DNA of 64,000 bases from Syntrophales bacterium (GTDB lineage: Bacteria > Desulfobacterota > Syntrophia > Syntrophales > UBA2210). Below the pieces are notes generated by a model that was given only the letters and a program-made list of their open reading frames with translations, searched no databases and was not told the origin of the DNA. Of the stretch, positions 20,749-31,538 are shown in pieces; positions within the stretch are counted from its first letter, which is position 1; each line of letters begins with the position of its first letter. Position numbers and translations under genes: made by a program. The stretch spans positions 256,001 to 320,000 of the forward strand of contig CAXXKT010000003.1 of assembly GCA_963662405.2 (NCBI GenBank), in the 5' to 3' direction.

Positions 20749-20776
20749 TAAAGTTTTACGCCAAAAAATCCGATAA
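20749..20776 (+). promoter_or_regulatory. sigma28 promoter of flgMNKL
   Basis: TAAAGTTT-N12-TCCGATAA upstream of flgM. Confidence 0.7.
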
Positions 20777-20816
20777 CCTGTTGGATGGGAGAAAAAATGA
20801 CAAGGAGATACCATAC

Positions 20817-21125
20817 ATGAAGATTCCTGAAACAAGAAATGCCACCGTCGGACTCGTTTCACAGTATACGGTGAATCAAAACAAGGGGGGTGCCGAAGCC
20901 GGGAAAGAGGCGGCGGGGGGTATCGTTCCGGAAGAAACGGTGAGTCTCTCCTCGGCGGCTCGGGATTTTCAGAAGATTGAAAAGGCGATCGATGAGCTTC
21001 CCGAAGTGCGGGAAGAGAAGGTACGGGAACTGAGGGAACAGATACAGGCGGGAACGTACGAGATTGACGGGGAACGGGTTGCGGAAAAGATGTTAGGCGA
21101 ATCACTCGTGGATATCATGGCATAA
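20817..21125 (+). CDS. flgM: Anti-sigma28 factor FlgM
   Basis: VSLS..A; PEVREEKV.EL...I..GTY.ID...VAEKM. Confidence 0.9.
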   Translation: MKIPETRNATVGLVSQYTVNQNKGGAEAGKEAAGGIVPEETVSLSSAARDFQKIEKAIDELPEVREEKVRELREQIQAGTYEIDGERVAEKMLGESLVDIMA

Positions 21126-21129
21126 GACG

Positions 21130-21642
21130 ATGAATACCGAAATGCATGCACTGTATGATTCTCTCATCTCGATGCTGAGGGAGGAAATAAAGGTCTTCGG
21201 GGTGCTTCACGACTCCCTGATGCACGAGAGAGAAGTCCTGACGAAGGCTTCCCTTGATGATCTGTATGCAAGTAATGCCGCGAAGGAGAACTGTATCCTG
21301 AAGGCCGGGATGCTGGAAGAAGGCAGGAGCCGGCTGATGGGAAGGATTGCGGCTGCAATCGGTCTCAGCCGTCGGAAGATGACCCTTTCCGCGCTGGTGC
21401 CGTATGGTGATAAGCGCCAGCAGCAGGAGCTGAATGAATGCCGGTCGACCCTGCGGTTTCTCTTGTCGGAGATTCAGGAAAAGAACGAAGACAATAAGAT
21501 CTTCCTCGATGACTCGCTCTCCTCTGTCCAAAAATCCGTCAACTTTCTGGGACAGCTTGTCTACCCCGGCGCAACGTATCTCAAGAGCGGGAGATTAACG
21601 GGAAGCGCCTTCAATGGAAGGCTCGTAAGCAGAGAAGGATAG
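21130..21642 (+). CDS. flgN: Export chaperone FlgN
   Basis: Helical protein between flgM and flgK, with N..N and TY...G tail. Confidence 0.8.
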   Translation: MNTEMHALYDSLISMLREEIKVFGVLHDSLMHEREVLTKASLDDLYASNAAKENCILKAGMLEEGRSRLMGRIAAAIGLSRRKMTLSALVPYGDKRQQQELNECRSTLRFLLSEIQEKNEDNKIFLDDSLSSVQKSVNFLGQLVYPGATYLKSGRLTGSAFNGRLVSREG

Positions 21643-21646
21643 GCAT

Positions 21647-23020
21647 ATGTCGGGCATCAGCGTACTGACTATCGCAAAAGACGGTCTGCTCAGTCATCAG
21701 ACGGCAATTAATCTGACGGGGACCAATGTTACCAATGCAAGTACTGAGAATTATTCACGTCAGCGCGCAATATTCAGCACCACGCTCGAGAGTGTTCAGA
21801 TAACGGGGATTGAGAGGATATACGATCAGTTTCTCGGGGTCCAGATCAATGAACAGACGAACAACCTGGGATACAGTCAAGCGAGGGAAGATGCACTGAA
21901 AGAGATCGAGATGATCTTTAACGAGACGAACGGCGGCGGTATCAACCAATTGCTGAGCGAATTCTGGAATGCCTGGGGAGACTTGTCGGCGAATCCCTCC
22001 GGAGAGGCCGAACGCCTGACGCTGGTTTCTACCGCCGAGAGCCTGACCTCTCTCTTCCGTTCATATGGTGACGATCTCCTCTCCGCTCAGAATGACGCAA
22101 ATGACCGGGTAGCCCGCCTCGTTGATGATGCCAACGATATTGTTGCGGATATCGTCGATACCAACGAGAAGATTATGCAGTACGGGACGGGTGCGACGGA
22201 TGACACAAGCCTCAATGCCCTGAGGGACACGCAGGACTCGCTCCTGTCGTCTCTGGCCGAGATCGTCGATTTTCATTATACCCGGAATGAGGATGGATCC
22301 GTGAGTGTCTTTCTTTCCAACGGTCTGCCGCTGGTCGATGGCACCCAGAGCTGGGAACTGGATGTCGTGGCGGACAGCGAAACGTCGTTCTATAATATTG
22401 CCTTTACCGATGATCCCACACAGGAACTCAACTCAGTCCTGACGGGGGGGAGCCTTGCCGCCTATCTGGAGATCCGTGATACCACGGTTGTGGGATATAT
22501 GGACAGTCTGGACACACTGGCCGCCACACTTGCCTCCGAGGTCAACACCCAGCACGGCCTGGGGTACGATCTGAATCAGGACGCCGGAGGGCCCTTTTTC
22601 TACTTCGATGCCGATCCGGGGGTCGAGGAGGCACGGTATCTGAGGGTCAGTGATGAGATTGTTTCAGACACCGACAAGATAGCCGCATCGTCGACCGTCA
22701 ACGGCGACGGAGAAAATGCGACAACCATCAGTATGCTCCAGGATGAACTGACTATGAGCGGCGGTACATCGACCTTCGGTTCCTATTACTCCGCTCTTGT
22801 CGGTCAGGTCGGGCAGGATACGGCGTATGCGAGCAGCAGCTCCACGCGGAACTCCGACCTGCTGACCCAGTTGACCGACAAGCGGGATGAGGTCTCCGGG
22901 GTGTCGATTGACGAAGAGATGATCAATCTTATCAAGTTCCAGACCGGATATAACGCATCGGCGAGACTGGTCGCCGCCGCTGAAGAGCTCTCGGATACCC
23001 TGATGAGCCTGGTCGGGTAG
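21647..23020 (+). CDS. flgK: Hook-associated protein FlgK
   Basis: NVTNAST.NYSRQR; SGVSIDEEMINL..FQ..Y.ASAR. Confidence 0.93.
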   Translation: MSGISVLTIAKDGLLSHQTAINLTGTNVTNASTENYSRQRAIFSTTLESVQITGIERIYDQFLGVQINEQTNNLGYSQAREDALKEIEMIFNETNGGGINQLLSEFWNAWGDLSANPSGEAERLTLVSTAESLTSLFRSYGDDLLSAQNDANDRVARLVDDANDIVADIVDTNEKIMQYGTGATDDTSLNALRDTQDSLLSSLAEIVDFHYTRNEDGSVSVFLSNGLPLVDGTQSWELDVVADSETSFYNIAFTDDPTQELNSVLTGGSLAAYLEIRDTTVVGYMDSLDTLAATLASEVNTQHGLGYDLNQDAGGPFFYFDADPGVEEARYLRVSDEIVSDTDKIAASSTVNGDGENATTISMLQDELTMSGGTSTFGSYYSALVGQVGQDTAYASSSSTRNSDLLTQLTDKRDEVSGVSIDEEMINLIKFQTGYNASARLVAAAEELSDTLMSLVG

Positions 23021-23050
23021 AGGATAGGACAGGAAGAGGGGTGCAGTCTC

Positions 23051-24277
23051 ATGGTCATGCGGGTATCGGAAAACACCAAGTACAGCTCGATCGTCAATAA
23101 TCTCTTCAAGACCCAGGACAGCTATGCCGATTTGATGAAAAAGGTGTCCTCGCTCAAGGAGGTCAATTGTCCGTCCGATGATCCCGTCGGGATGACCAAG
23201 ATACTGAATCTCAGGGAATCTCAAGCCTCCGTTGAACAGTACAAACATAACATCGAAAGCTGTGAATCATGGCTCACGATTACGGAATCCAAGCTATCGT
23301 CCGTGGGTGACCTGTTGGTCAATGCCCGGGAGGTGGCGGTCAGACAGGCCACGGGGACGGCGACCGCCGAGACGCGCAGCATGGAGGCAAAGACCGTAAA
23401 ACAGCTCATCGACGAGATGCTCACCCTGGCCAATGCCAAATATAATGGATCCTATCTCTTCTCGGGCTCAACGTCGGGTACGGCCCCCTTCTCATCGACA
23501 GGGAGGGATTCAGCGGAGATAGCATCTGCCGCGGCTTCCGGAGGGAATGCCTTCGACGGAGTCGTTACCTCCGGCGGCACCTATACCGGGTCGGAGAACA
23601 AGACGTATGTCGTCAAGATCACCGATTGGAACGAAGGGACCCGGACGGCGACGTACGATGTATCGGCCGACGGCGGGGAAAGCTGGTCAACAACGGGGTC
23701 AACCGTTGTCCTCCCGGACGGTGGTTCGGTGACGACGGGCGATCTGGGTGACGGGATCACCCTCACCTTCGATGATGCCGGTACTGTCGAACCGACAGCG
23801 GGTGACATCTTTTCCATTGATGCCTTTACTGCAGGATATTACAACGGTAACGGCGAAGAACTGTCAGTGAATATCGGCGAGGATACATCATTCACGTACT
23901 CCATTTCCGGCCAATCGGCCTTTACGGACGAGGGGGACGGGGACGTGGATATTTTCGGTGTCCTCAACTCGTTGAAAGAGGCACTGGAGAATAACGATCA
24001 GGAGGGTATCTCCCACGTGCTGGGTGATCTCAAAACGGCATCCGATCAGGTGTCGACCGCTATCTCAACGTGCGGAACGAGGACGATCCGGCTGGAAATT
24101 GCCACCACCAATCTGTCCGATATGGAGCTGAATCTGGCGGAGTTGATCTCCGAAACGGAAGCTGTCGATATTTCCGAGATCATCACGAAGCTGTCCATGA
24201 AAGAGATCGCCCTGCAGGCCTCGTACGGCTTGGCGGCGAAGATAGGGAATATGACGATACTCGATTGGCTCGGATAA
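23051..24277 (+). CDS. flgL: Hook-associated protein FlgL
   Basis: MRVS start, PSDDP, YLFSG; flagellin-like C-terminus. Confidence 0.92.
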   Translation: MVMRVSENTKYSSIVNNLFKTQDSYADLMKKVSSLKEVNCPSDDPVGMTKILNLRESQASVEQYKHNIESCESWLTITESKLSSVGDLLVNAREVAVRQATGTATAETRSMEAKTVKQLIDEMLTLANAKYNGSYLFSGSTSGTAPFSSTGRDSAEIASAAASGGNAFDGVVTSGGTYTGSENKTYVVKITDWNEGTRTATYDVSADGGESWSTTGSTVVLPDGGSVTTGDLGDGITLTFDDAGTVEPTAGDIFSIDAFTAGYYNGNGEELSVNIGEDTSFTYSISGQSAFTDEGDGDVDIFGVLNSLKEALENNDQEGISHVLGDLKTASDQVSTAISTCGTRTIRLEIATTNLSDMELNLAELISETEAVDISEIITKLSMKEIALQASYGLAAKIGNMTILDWLG

Positions 24278-24412
24278 AAACAGGCACGAAGGGGAGAGAC
24301 GATCACGGGATCGGTCGTGTTGTTTCCAGAGAGGCGGGAACGGTAATCGCTCAGAAGGTACGAACCGTTCTCACCAATTCCATACATTACTTTTTTGCGA
24401 GAGACCATTGCC

Positions 24413-24670
24413 ATGCTGATCCTGACACGGAAGTTGGGTGAGACGATACGAATCGGAAATGAGATCACGGTAACGATTCTGGAGGCCAAGGGGAGGCAGA
24501 TACGGATCGGCATTGAGGCCCCATCGGATATCTCCGTTCACCGTGAAGAAGTATATCAGGTGATCAAAGAACAGAATGCCCGGGCGGCAAGAACGGGACA
24601 CGATGACGCAATGGGCGCAGGCCTGTCTCAGATATGGGAGAAGTTGAAGATTCAGGAGGAGAGGGCGTGA
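24413..24670 (+). CDS. csrA: Carbon storage regulator CsrA
   Basis: [15 protein letters not shown]...IGIEAP...VHREEVY. Confidence 0.95.
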   Translation: MLILTRKLGETIRIGNEITVTILEAKGRQIRIGIEAPSDISVHREEVYQVIKEQNARAARTGHDDAMGAGLSQIWEKLKIQEERA

Positions 24671-25161
24671 AGATTTCTACCACCCGTTTTGGCAGCGTGA
24701 ATGTCGATGAGACGAGGATCATCCATATGACGGAGGGGATGCTGGGATTTGAGCCCCTGAGGCGCTATATCCTCATTACGAGGGATGAAAAAACTCCCTT
24801 TATGTGGTTTCAGGCGGTTGATGATGGCTCGCTCGCCTTTGTCGTTATTCATTCATTTGTCGTAAAGGCGGATTACGAACCCGTCCTCTCCGATGAAGAC
24901 GCACGGTTATTGGCGTTATCGGCCCCGGATCCGGATGATATCGTCGTGCTGTCAGTGGTGACGATTTATTCCGATCCCTTCAATGTGACGGCGAATTTAC
25001 GTGCTCCCGTTGTGGTCAATGTAAAAGAGATGCTGGCAAAACAGGTGGTTCTTGCTGATGATGGATATCCTGTTCAGTATCCCCTGATAGGATCCCTCAC
25101 CGGTCTCACAAAAAACGAGTCTGAAAGGCATCCCGCAATTTCCACGATGTCCGTTCCCTAA
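24667..25161 (+). CDS. fliW: Flagellar assembly factor FliW
   Basis: [20 protein letters not shown]; overlaps csrA. Confidence 0.92.
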   Translation: MKISTTRFGSVNVDETRIIHMTEGMLGFEPLRRYILITRDEKTPFMWFQAVDDGSLAFVVIHSFVVKADYEPVLSDEDARLLALSAPDPDDIVVLSVVTIYSDPFNVTANLRAPVVVNVKEMLAKQVVLADDGYPVQYPLIGSLTGLTKNESERHPAISTMSVP

Positions 25162-25320
25162 AGGTGTCTCTCCCGCAACCGGGATTGTCCCCAACCTTCC
25201 CAACATTCCCCTCTCTTGCATCCGGTCAATCATCCATCGTGACACGACGGCGTGGCGTTTTTTGAGAAAGGCACGACCGGCATGTGGCCCCTCCTTGTTT
25301 CAACCCGTTATCGTGGGTTA

Positions 25321-25336
25321 TGGCATGAGTCTTGCT
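25321..25336 (+). promoter_or_regulatory. sigma54 promoter of the diguanylate cyclase gene
   Basis: TGGCATGAGTCTTGCT with GG-N10-GC. Confidence 0.75.
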
Positions 25337-25373
25337 TTTAGAATGGGCAAATCTTGAGGAAGAAGGTCCCCAC

Positions 25374-26111
25374 ATGAATTCTCTTGCAGAATCGAAATCG
25401 CCACGAAGCTTGTTTTCAAAGGAATCATATCTGGTCAACTGGTTGCTCAAGATCAATCAGCATATCGCCGAGAAGAACAAACAATTAATCCTTGAAAATG
25501 ATCGCCTTCAATCCACTATAGGGCGGTTGGAGGATGTTAACTTTATAGACGATACGACGGGGATCCGCAACAAACGATATCTCCAGATACGCTTGAGAGA
25601 AGAATACGCTCGGGCATGTCGACACGGTTTTTCTCTTTCGGCCGTCTTTATCGATCTGGATGATTTCAAATCCGTTAATGACCGGTACGGTCACGTTAAC
25701 GGCGATCGGTTGTTGAAGGAGGTTGCGTCTATCCTCGACAGTCTCTGCCGCAGTGAAGATGCGGTGGTACGTTTCGGAGGGGAGGAATTCGTTGTCCTGA
25801 TGTCGGACACGGATGGTGATAAGGCCGTTGTCTTGGCTGAAAGGATCAGGAAAGCGATCGGAGATCACCCCTTTCGCTGCGGCGATGCAACCGTTTCCCT
25901 GTCGGCGAGTATTGGTGTCAGTACCTTTGCCGTCGGTGATTATGCATATGTTTCTGATCCGGAATCGTTGATAGAGATGGCCGACAGGGCGATGTATATG
26001 GTTAAGCGTAACGGTAAAAACAATACATTTTATCTCCCCTTTCCCTCTGAAGAACATATTCCGTTTCCGTCAGGGGTCGCCGTCAGGCACCATCAGGAGC
26101 TGTCTTTATAG
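25374..26111 (+). CDS. Diguanylate cyclase (coiled coil + GGEEF)
   Basis: DLDDFK.VND.YGH..GD; RSED I-site followed by RFGGEEF. Confidence 0.93.
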   Translation: MNSLAESKSPRSLFSKESYLVNWLLKINQHIAEKNKQLILENDRLQSTIGRLEDVNFIDDTTGIRNKRYLQIRLREEYARACRHGFSLSAVFIDLDDFKSVNDRYGHVNGDRLLKEVASILDSLCRSEDAVVRFGGEEFVVLMSDTDGDKAVVLAERIRKAIGDHPFRCGDATVSLSASIGVSTFAVGDYAYVSDPESLIEMADRAMYMVKRNGKNNTFYLPFPSEEHIPFPSGVAVRHHQELSL

Positions 26112-26240
26112 CGGAGGTCGCCTTGCCCCGGTTTTCCCTCGGTCGGCATAATTTGCCGGTCCTGAGGAGTTCTGTTCCATGATCTCGAATGACGCGATAC
26201 CATTTCTTCGAGAATATCTCCCGCTTTCCCAAATAATCTG

Positions 26241-26267
26241 TAAAGTTTTTTCGACTCCTGCCGATTA
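26241..26267 (+). promoter_or_regulatory. sigma28 promoter
   Basis: TAAAGTTT-N11-GCCGATTA, near consensus. Confidence 0.8.
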
Positions 26268-26335
26268 AGACAACAGTTGCGTTCGATAAACTTGTTGCGA
26301 ACGGCATGGAATTCTAACTGCTACAGGGTGTTTCG

Positions 26336-26554
26336 ATGTCAAAAATGTTTTACTCGACTTCAGAAGTAGCCGGCCTGTTCGGTGTCAACCGTGTCACTAT
26401 TTATCGGTGGGTGAAAGAAGGGAAGGTCGGGGCGTACCAGATAGGGAAGCGCCACAAGATACCCGAATCCGAGGTAGTAAGATTGTTCAAAGAGTTCGGT
26501 TTTTCAGGGGCTCGAATTCGTGATCTGTGTGGCGATAAAGAGGAGATACGCTAG
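26336..26554 (+). CDS. Excisionase-like HTH (HTH_17) DNA-binding protein
   Basis: YSTSEVA..FGV.R.TIYRWVKEG....G..HKIP. Confidence 0.85.
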   Translation: MSKMFYSTSEVAGLFGVNRVTIYRWVKEGKVGAYQIGKRHKIPESEVVRLFKEFGFSGARIRDLCGDKEEIR

Positions 26555-26694
26555 GGCTGTCGTGTCGGACGACAACACAACCGTGTAGAGGGGGGGGTGT
26601 ATGTTAGGGGTGCCCTGTGTGGCTTTTCGCGGGGGGGATTGCCATGGGGGGTAGGGGTTGTAGCGGGAACAAGATGAAAGATGAGGTGGATTCG

Positions 26695-28587
26695 ATGTTT
26701 CGGAATGCGACACTGGGGAGGAAAATTGGATTTGGTTTTGCGATACTGTCTGTTCTTACGATTGCGGTTGGGGTGACAGGATACTGGGGGCTCTCCCGTG
26801 TTCTGGGAGTGACGGAGTTTTATAAGAACACGAGTACGATCAATGCGGGAGTTCAGGACACGCGAGCGGATGTGACGGAGTATTTTCTTTATAATTATAA
26901 CGAGGGTCGGGTGAGTCAAAAGGCCGCTCAGGGAAGCGCCTTCGCTCGCATCGATGAAGTGCGGGAATTGGTGCGTAATATCACGGAAACGGAGTCTCTC
27001 GACCAGAACGAGACGGATCAGATCAGTGCTATCGGGAAAGGAATCGAGGGATATCGGGATTCCCTGAATAAGTATATTGAGGCCGAGTCACATAAGATCG
27101 ATATAGCCCGGGAGATGAGCAGACTCAATCCCGAACTGCTGAGTCTGATGACAAAAGCCAAATTGTGGGTCGAAGAATTGCGCACAGCACATGGCATTGT
27201 TGTGGCACAGGCGGGCACCTATTTAGACCGATCGCTGGAGTCGAACTGGCAGGCGTTGGATGGCAGCATGAAGAAGCTGGGAACATATTTGGACGATTGG
27301 TGCTACAAGATTGAAAACAGCGATGACCTGCGGGAGATCGGCGACAAGATGAAGGTGATAGTGGCAGGGATCGGTGAACGGTTGGGCCAATATCGTCAGG
27401 AGGTGGCAGACCAGGCAACCTATCATGCGAGTCTGATTGAACATCGAGAAAAGATTGAGCAGATCTGTACGCAACTCGGCGAGCAGAGCGAGGCAAAGCT
27501 GCAGCGTCAAGCACATTTCTCATTGATTCTGATCTGTGGTGTTATCGGTGCCGCGCTGTTGATCGCCGTCCTCTATTCCTTCATGACGATACGGAACATT
27601 GTCGGCAAGATGCGGAAAGTCGCTGATGGCGTGAGTGACGGTACCAATCAGATTGCGGCCGCTTCCGACCAGGTCTCCTCGGCCAGTCAGTCGCTTGCCG
27701 AGGCGGCCGGCGAGCAGGCGTCGTCGTTGGAGGAGACGTCCTCTTCCCTTGAGGAATTGGCTTCGATGACAAAGCAGAACGCCGACAACGCACAACAGGC
27801 CGATAGCTTGACCCAAGATGCGAAACAGATAGTCGGTGATGTTACCGAGAAACTCGGGCGGATGACGAACGCGGTGGCCGATATCGGAAAGAACTCTGAA
27901 GAGACATCGAAGATCATCAAGACGATCGATGAGATTGCCTTTCAGACAAATCTTCTTGCGCTCAATGCGGCGGTTGAGGCGGCCCGGGCCGGAGAAGCGG
28001 GAGCGGGTTTTGCCGTGGTGGCGGATGAGGTGAGGGCTCTTGCACTGCGATCGGCCGAGGCGGCGAAAAACACGAGCGACCTGATAGGAAACACGGTCAA
28101 TTCCGTGCGGGAAGGCGCCCGTCTGAATGACGATGTGAATGAGTCGTTCAAGAAGAATGCGGAGATCGTGAAAAAGACGAGTAATCTGGTAAGTGAAATC
28201 GCGGCGGCTTCCCAGGAACAGGCGCAGGGGATCGAGCAGATCAACCGGGCGATGGCGGAGATGGACAAGGTGACTCAGCAGAACGCCGCCAACGCGGAGG
28301 AGAGCGCATCCGCCTCCGAAGAGATGAACGCGCAGGCACAGCAGATGGAGGACATTATTGCAGAACTGCTTGCCGTAGTCGGCGGTGGAAACGGGCATGG
28401 AAAACGAAGGGACGCGGGCACAAACGGAAACGGGAAAAGCGCCGGAGGCGTGGCCTATTCGAAAGCCCGGACGGCTCTTCCGTTTCCCGCGGGGAAGAGT
28501 GGGAACGAGGGGGGAGGCTATGGAATGCCGGAGATCAGTCCCGAAGAGATTCTCCCGATGAAGGAAGAGAATTTTACAGATTTCTGA
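26695..28587 (+). CDS. Methyl-accepting chemotaxis protein
   Basis: Two TMs; [30 protein letters not shown]-terminal NFTDF pentapeptide. Confidence 0.95.
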   Translation: MFRNATLGRKIGFGFAILSVLTIAVGVTGYWGLSRVLGVTEFYKNTSTINAGVQDTRADVTEYFLYNYNEGRVSQKAAQGSAFARIDEVRELVRNITETESLDQNETDQISAIGKGIEGYRDSLNKYIEAESHKIDIAREMSRLNPELLSLMTKAKLWVEELRTAHGIVVAQAGTYLDRSLESNWQALDGSMKKLGTYLDDWCYKIENSDDLREIGDKMKVIVAGIGERLGQYRQEVADQATYHASLIEHREKIEQICTQLGEQSEAKLQRQAHFSLILICGVIGAALLIAVLYSFMTIRNIVGKMRKVADGVSDGTNQIAAASDQVSSASQSLAEAAGEQASSLEETSSSLEELASMTKQNADNAQQADSLTQDAKQIVGDVTEKLGRMTNAVADIGKNSEETSKIIKTIDEIAFQTNLLALNAAVEAARAGEAGAGFAVVADEVRALALRSAEAAKNTSDLIGNTVNSVREGARLNDDVNESFKKNAEIVKKTSNLVSEIAAASQEQAQGIEQINRAMAEMDKVTQQNAANAEESASASEEMNAQAQQMEDIIAELLAVVGGGNGHGKRRDAGTNGNGKSAGGVAYSKARTALPFPAGKSGNEGGGYGMPEISPEEILPMKEENFTDF

Positions 28588-28652
28588 TGCTCTGTACTGA
28601 AGACAGGGATCGGTAGTACGGTAAACCAGATACTATGAGGAGGTTGCAAAAT

Positions 28653-29168
28653 ATGAACGCCGGATCAATGGAGATGACGAGAGAAACCGTATCGGAGATA
28701 AGCAAGGAAGGAAAGTATCTGACCTTTGAGCTTGATGAGGAAGAATATGGTCTGGAGATCCTCAAGGTAAAGGAAATCATCGGGATCATGAAGATAACGT
28801 CAGTTCCCCAGACACCGAGATATGTGAAAGGGGTGATCAACCTTCGGGGAAAGGTCATTCCCGTAATCGATCTGCGCCTGAAATTCGACATGGATCCGAT
28901 CGAATACAGCGAGCGGACCTGCATTATCGTTGTCGACATAGCCGACAACTTGCGGAACGGGCTCATGATGGGGATCGTGGTTGATTCCGTCTCCGAGGTC
29001 CTGAATATCGGGACCGATGAGATAGAGGAGACCCCGACATTTGGCACGAAGCTTGATACGGAATATATCCTGGGGATGGCCAAGGTCAAGGGTGGGGTCA
29101 AGATCCTGCTGGATATCGGCAAGGTCTTGTCCGTCCAGGAAATCACATCCCTTTTCAAGGAAGAATGA
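28653..29168 (+). CDS. cheW: Chemotaxis coupling protein CheW
   Basis: VKGVINLRGKVIPVIDLR; GIVVDSVSEV. Confidence 0.95.
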   Translation: MNAGSMEMTRETVSEISKEGKYLTFELDEEEYGLEILKVKEIIGIMKITSVPQTPRYVKGVINLRGKVIPVIDLRLKFDMDPIEYSERTCIIVVDIADNLRNGLMMGIVVDSVSEVLNIGTDEIEETPTFGTKLDTEYILGMAKVKGGVKILLDIGKVLSVQEITSLFKEE

Positions 29169-29447
29169 GAGTTCAGTCCTCGGAAGCAACGAACGGGTTG
29201 GATCCGGATGAACGCGCGTGTCCAAGAGACAGGTGACCGGTCTCTGTGGAGGGAACGGAGAGCGGATATTTTTTAAAAGCACGGAAAGTTGACGAAAAGC
29301 CAAGTTATTGAATGCTGGCCCGCTGAACGCATGACAGGGAGTGCATGCGCGCTCTCTGTGCCGTGAAGCACCGATTACGAGGTCTTGTGATCGGGGGATG
29401 AGCGGTTGCGGGTGAATATACAGGGGAAGAAAGGGAGAAAAGATAAG

Positions 29448-31535
29448 ATGAAGAAGATAACCCTGAGCAATAAACTGATCCTGGGATCTCTGGGGATGGT
29501 GATTTTCGTCATGGTGGTCTCGACACTGGCAATTTCCTATTTGATCAACAGGCAGAACGGAAACGCCTCATTCGAACTGGTTGAAAGGGCTCTCAATATC
29601 GTTTCCAGTGATCTTTCGGAAAGGCAAGCCAAACTGTTTTCTGTTGCAAGACAAACGGCGAATATGGATGAAATGGGTTCATCGGTTAATTTCATTCAGG
29701 AGTTTGCGAATAATGATGATGGTGTATCCCTTACGATGATGAAAAGCACATATGAGAAACTTGCCATGAGTGCATGTCAGATGGGGATTGCAAGTAATAT
29801 CTGGAAAATCGCTATCTATGACGCCAAGGGAGGGCTACAAGCCTTTGCCGACCAGAAAGAGGAAAATACCTTCCTCCTGGGGTACTGTGTCAAAATGCCT
29901 CAACCCACTTTCTTTACAGAAACAATGCAGGGGGGTGTGGAAAAGGAAGAATACATCTGGAAGCAGTCGACCCGTGTTGAGGGTCTGGGGCTCGGTGTTA
30001 CCTTCGGTCAGGCTGTTCCGTCGGAAGAACTGGTGACCTACAAAGAGACGGAAGGGATTATGACAGTGACCTCCTATGTGCCTATTATGACTATGGTTTA
30101 CAACAAGACAACCGAGAAGCTGGAAACAAAACAGTGTGGCTTTGTCGTTGCGATCCAGAAACTGGATAGGGGCTTTGTGGCCAAGATGGCCGGTCTTGCC
30201 GGAATGGAGATGAACATCTTTACCTCGGGCGGATTGAGTGTCGGAACGCTGGATGAATACCGGTCGCTCATATCGGAAGGAAAGGCCGTGAGAGAGACGA
30301 TTGAAAAGGCGGGAGAACACGCGATAGCGTTGAGTGAAATACGCCTGAAGAGTGGCGGGTATTACCAGGGGATCCTCCCTCTCTATGACGGATCGTCGGC
30401 AGTCGGTTCGATCACGGCGATTTATTCAAAGGCGGTGGCATGGGCCAATACCTGGCAGGTGATCAAGATCCTGGGACTCGTCTGCATCATTTGTGTCCTG
30501 CTGGTTATGCCTTTTGCGATTATTGTTGCCAATTCTCTCACGAAACCGATTACGAGAGTGATCGATTCGCTGAAAGGCACGGCCAAGGAGGTTTTTGACG
30601 CCTCCGACCAGATTTCGCATTCGAGCCAGCGGCTTGCCGAGGGGTCCGGGGAGCAGGCGGCATCGCTGGAGGAGACCTCTTCTTCCCTTGAGGAACTGGC
30701 CTCGATGACAAAACAGAATGCCGACAATGCCCACCAGGCGGATGTACTGACAAAGGATGCGAAACAGATGGCGGCTGATGTCAGCGAAAAACTCGCACAG
30801 ATGACCAAGGCCGTGAGCGACATTGGTAAGAATTCCGAAGAGACCTCGAAGATCATCAAGACGATCGATGAGATCGCCTTTCAGACGAATCTTCTTGCGC
30901 TGAATGCGGCGGTTGAGGCGGCCCGGGCCGGAGAAGCGGGAGCGGGTTTTGCCGTGGTGGCTGACGAGGTCCGGGCACTCGCGATGCGATCGGCCGAGGC
31001 GGCCAAAAATACAAGCGATCTGATCGGGAATACCGTCACTTCCGTCAAGGAGGGTGAGCGGCTCAATCAGGATGTCAATCAAACCTTCGAAAAGAATGCG
31101 GAGACGGTCGGGAAGACGAGTGCCCTGGTAAGCGAAATCGCGGCGGCTTCCCAGGAACAGGCACAGGGGATCGAGCAGATCAACAGGGCCATAGCGGAAA
31201 TGGACAAAGTGACTCAGCAAACTGCGGCCAACGCAGAGGAAAGTGCTTCCGCATCGGAAGAGATGAGTTCTCAGGCGGAGGGACTCCAGGATATCGTCGG
31301 TGCCCTCGTAAACCTTGTTGGCGGGGATGCGGATGAGATGAACGAAAGGGTTCACACGAAAACTGAAGGCAGGAAAAGTGCCGGTGAGAAGCAAGAGGCG
31401 GGGTTTCGAAAGATCCTTGATTTTCCGGCAAAGGGCAGGGGCACGAGTGTGAAGGCACTCTCCTCACGGGATACACGGGAAACCAATCCTGAAGAAGCGA
31501 TTCCCATGAAAGCGGATGATTTCAAGGATTTTTAG
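29448..31535 (+). CDS. Methyl-accepting chemotaxis protein with large periplasmic domain
   Basis: Two TMs; MCP signalling hairpin; C-terminal DFKDF. Confidence 0.95.
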   Translation: MKKITLSNKLILGSLGMVIFVMVVSTLAISYLINRQNGNASFELVERALNIVSSDLSERQAKLFSVARQTANMDEMGSSVNFIQEFANNDDGVSLTMMKSTYEKLAMSACQMGIASNIWKIAIYDAKGGLQAFADQKEENTFLLGYCVKMPQPTFFTETMQGGVEKEEYIWKQSTRVEGLGLGVTFGQAVPSEELVTYKETEGIMTVTSYVPIMTMVYNKTTEKLETKQCGFVVAIQKLDRGFVAKMAGLAGMEMNIFTSGGLSVGTLDEYRSLISEGKAVRETIEKAGEHAIALSEIRLKSGGYYQGILPLYDGSSAVGSITAIYSKAVAWANTWQVIKILGLVCIICVLLVMPFAIIVANSLTKPITRVIDSLKGTAKEVFDASDQISHSSQRLAEGSGEQAASLEETSSSLEELASMTKQNADNAHQADVLTKDAKQMAADVSEKLAQMTKAVSDIGKNSEETSKIIKTIDEIAFQTNLLALNAAVEAARAGEAGAGFAVVADEVRALAMRSAEAAKNTSDLIGNTVTSVKEGERLNQDVNQTFEKNAETVGKTSALVSEIAAASQEQAQGIEQINRAIAEMDKVTQQTAANAEESASASEEMSSQAEGLQDIVGALVNLVGGDADEMNERVHTKTEGRKSAGEKQEAGFRKILDFPAKGRGTSVKALSSRDTRETNPEEAIPMKADDFKDF

Positions 31536-31538
31536 CCG

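Noticed and set aside
26336..26554. Prophage or integrative element suggested by the excisionase-like gene
   Set aside because: No integrase, tRNA or att repeats; it sits behind a sigma28 promoter
29270..29380. sigma28 promoter for the second MCP
   Set aside because: Candidate -35 and -10 elements are not correctly spaced
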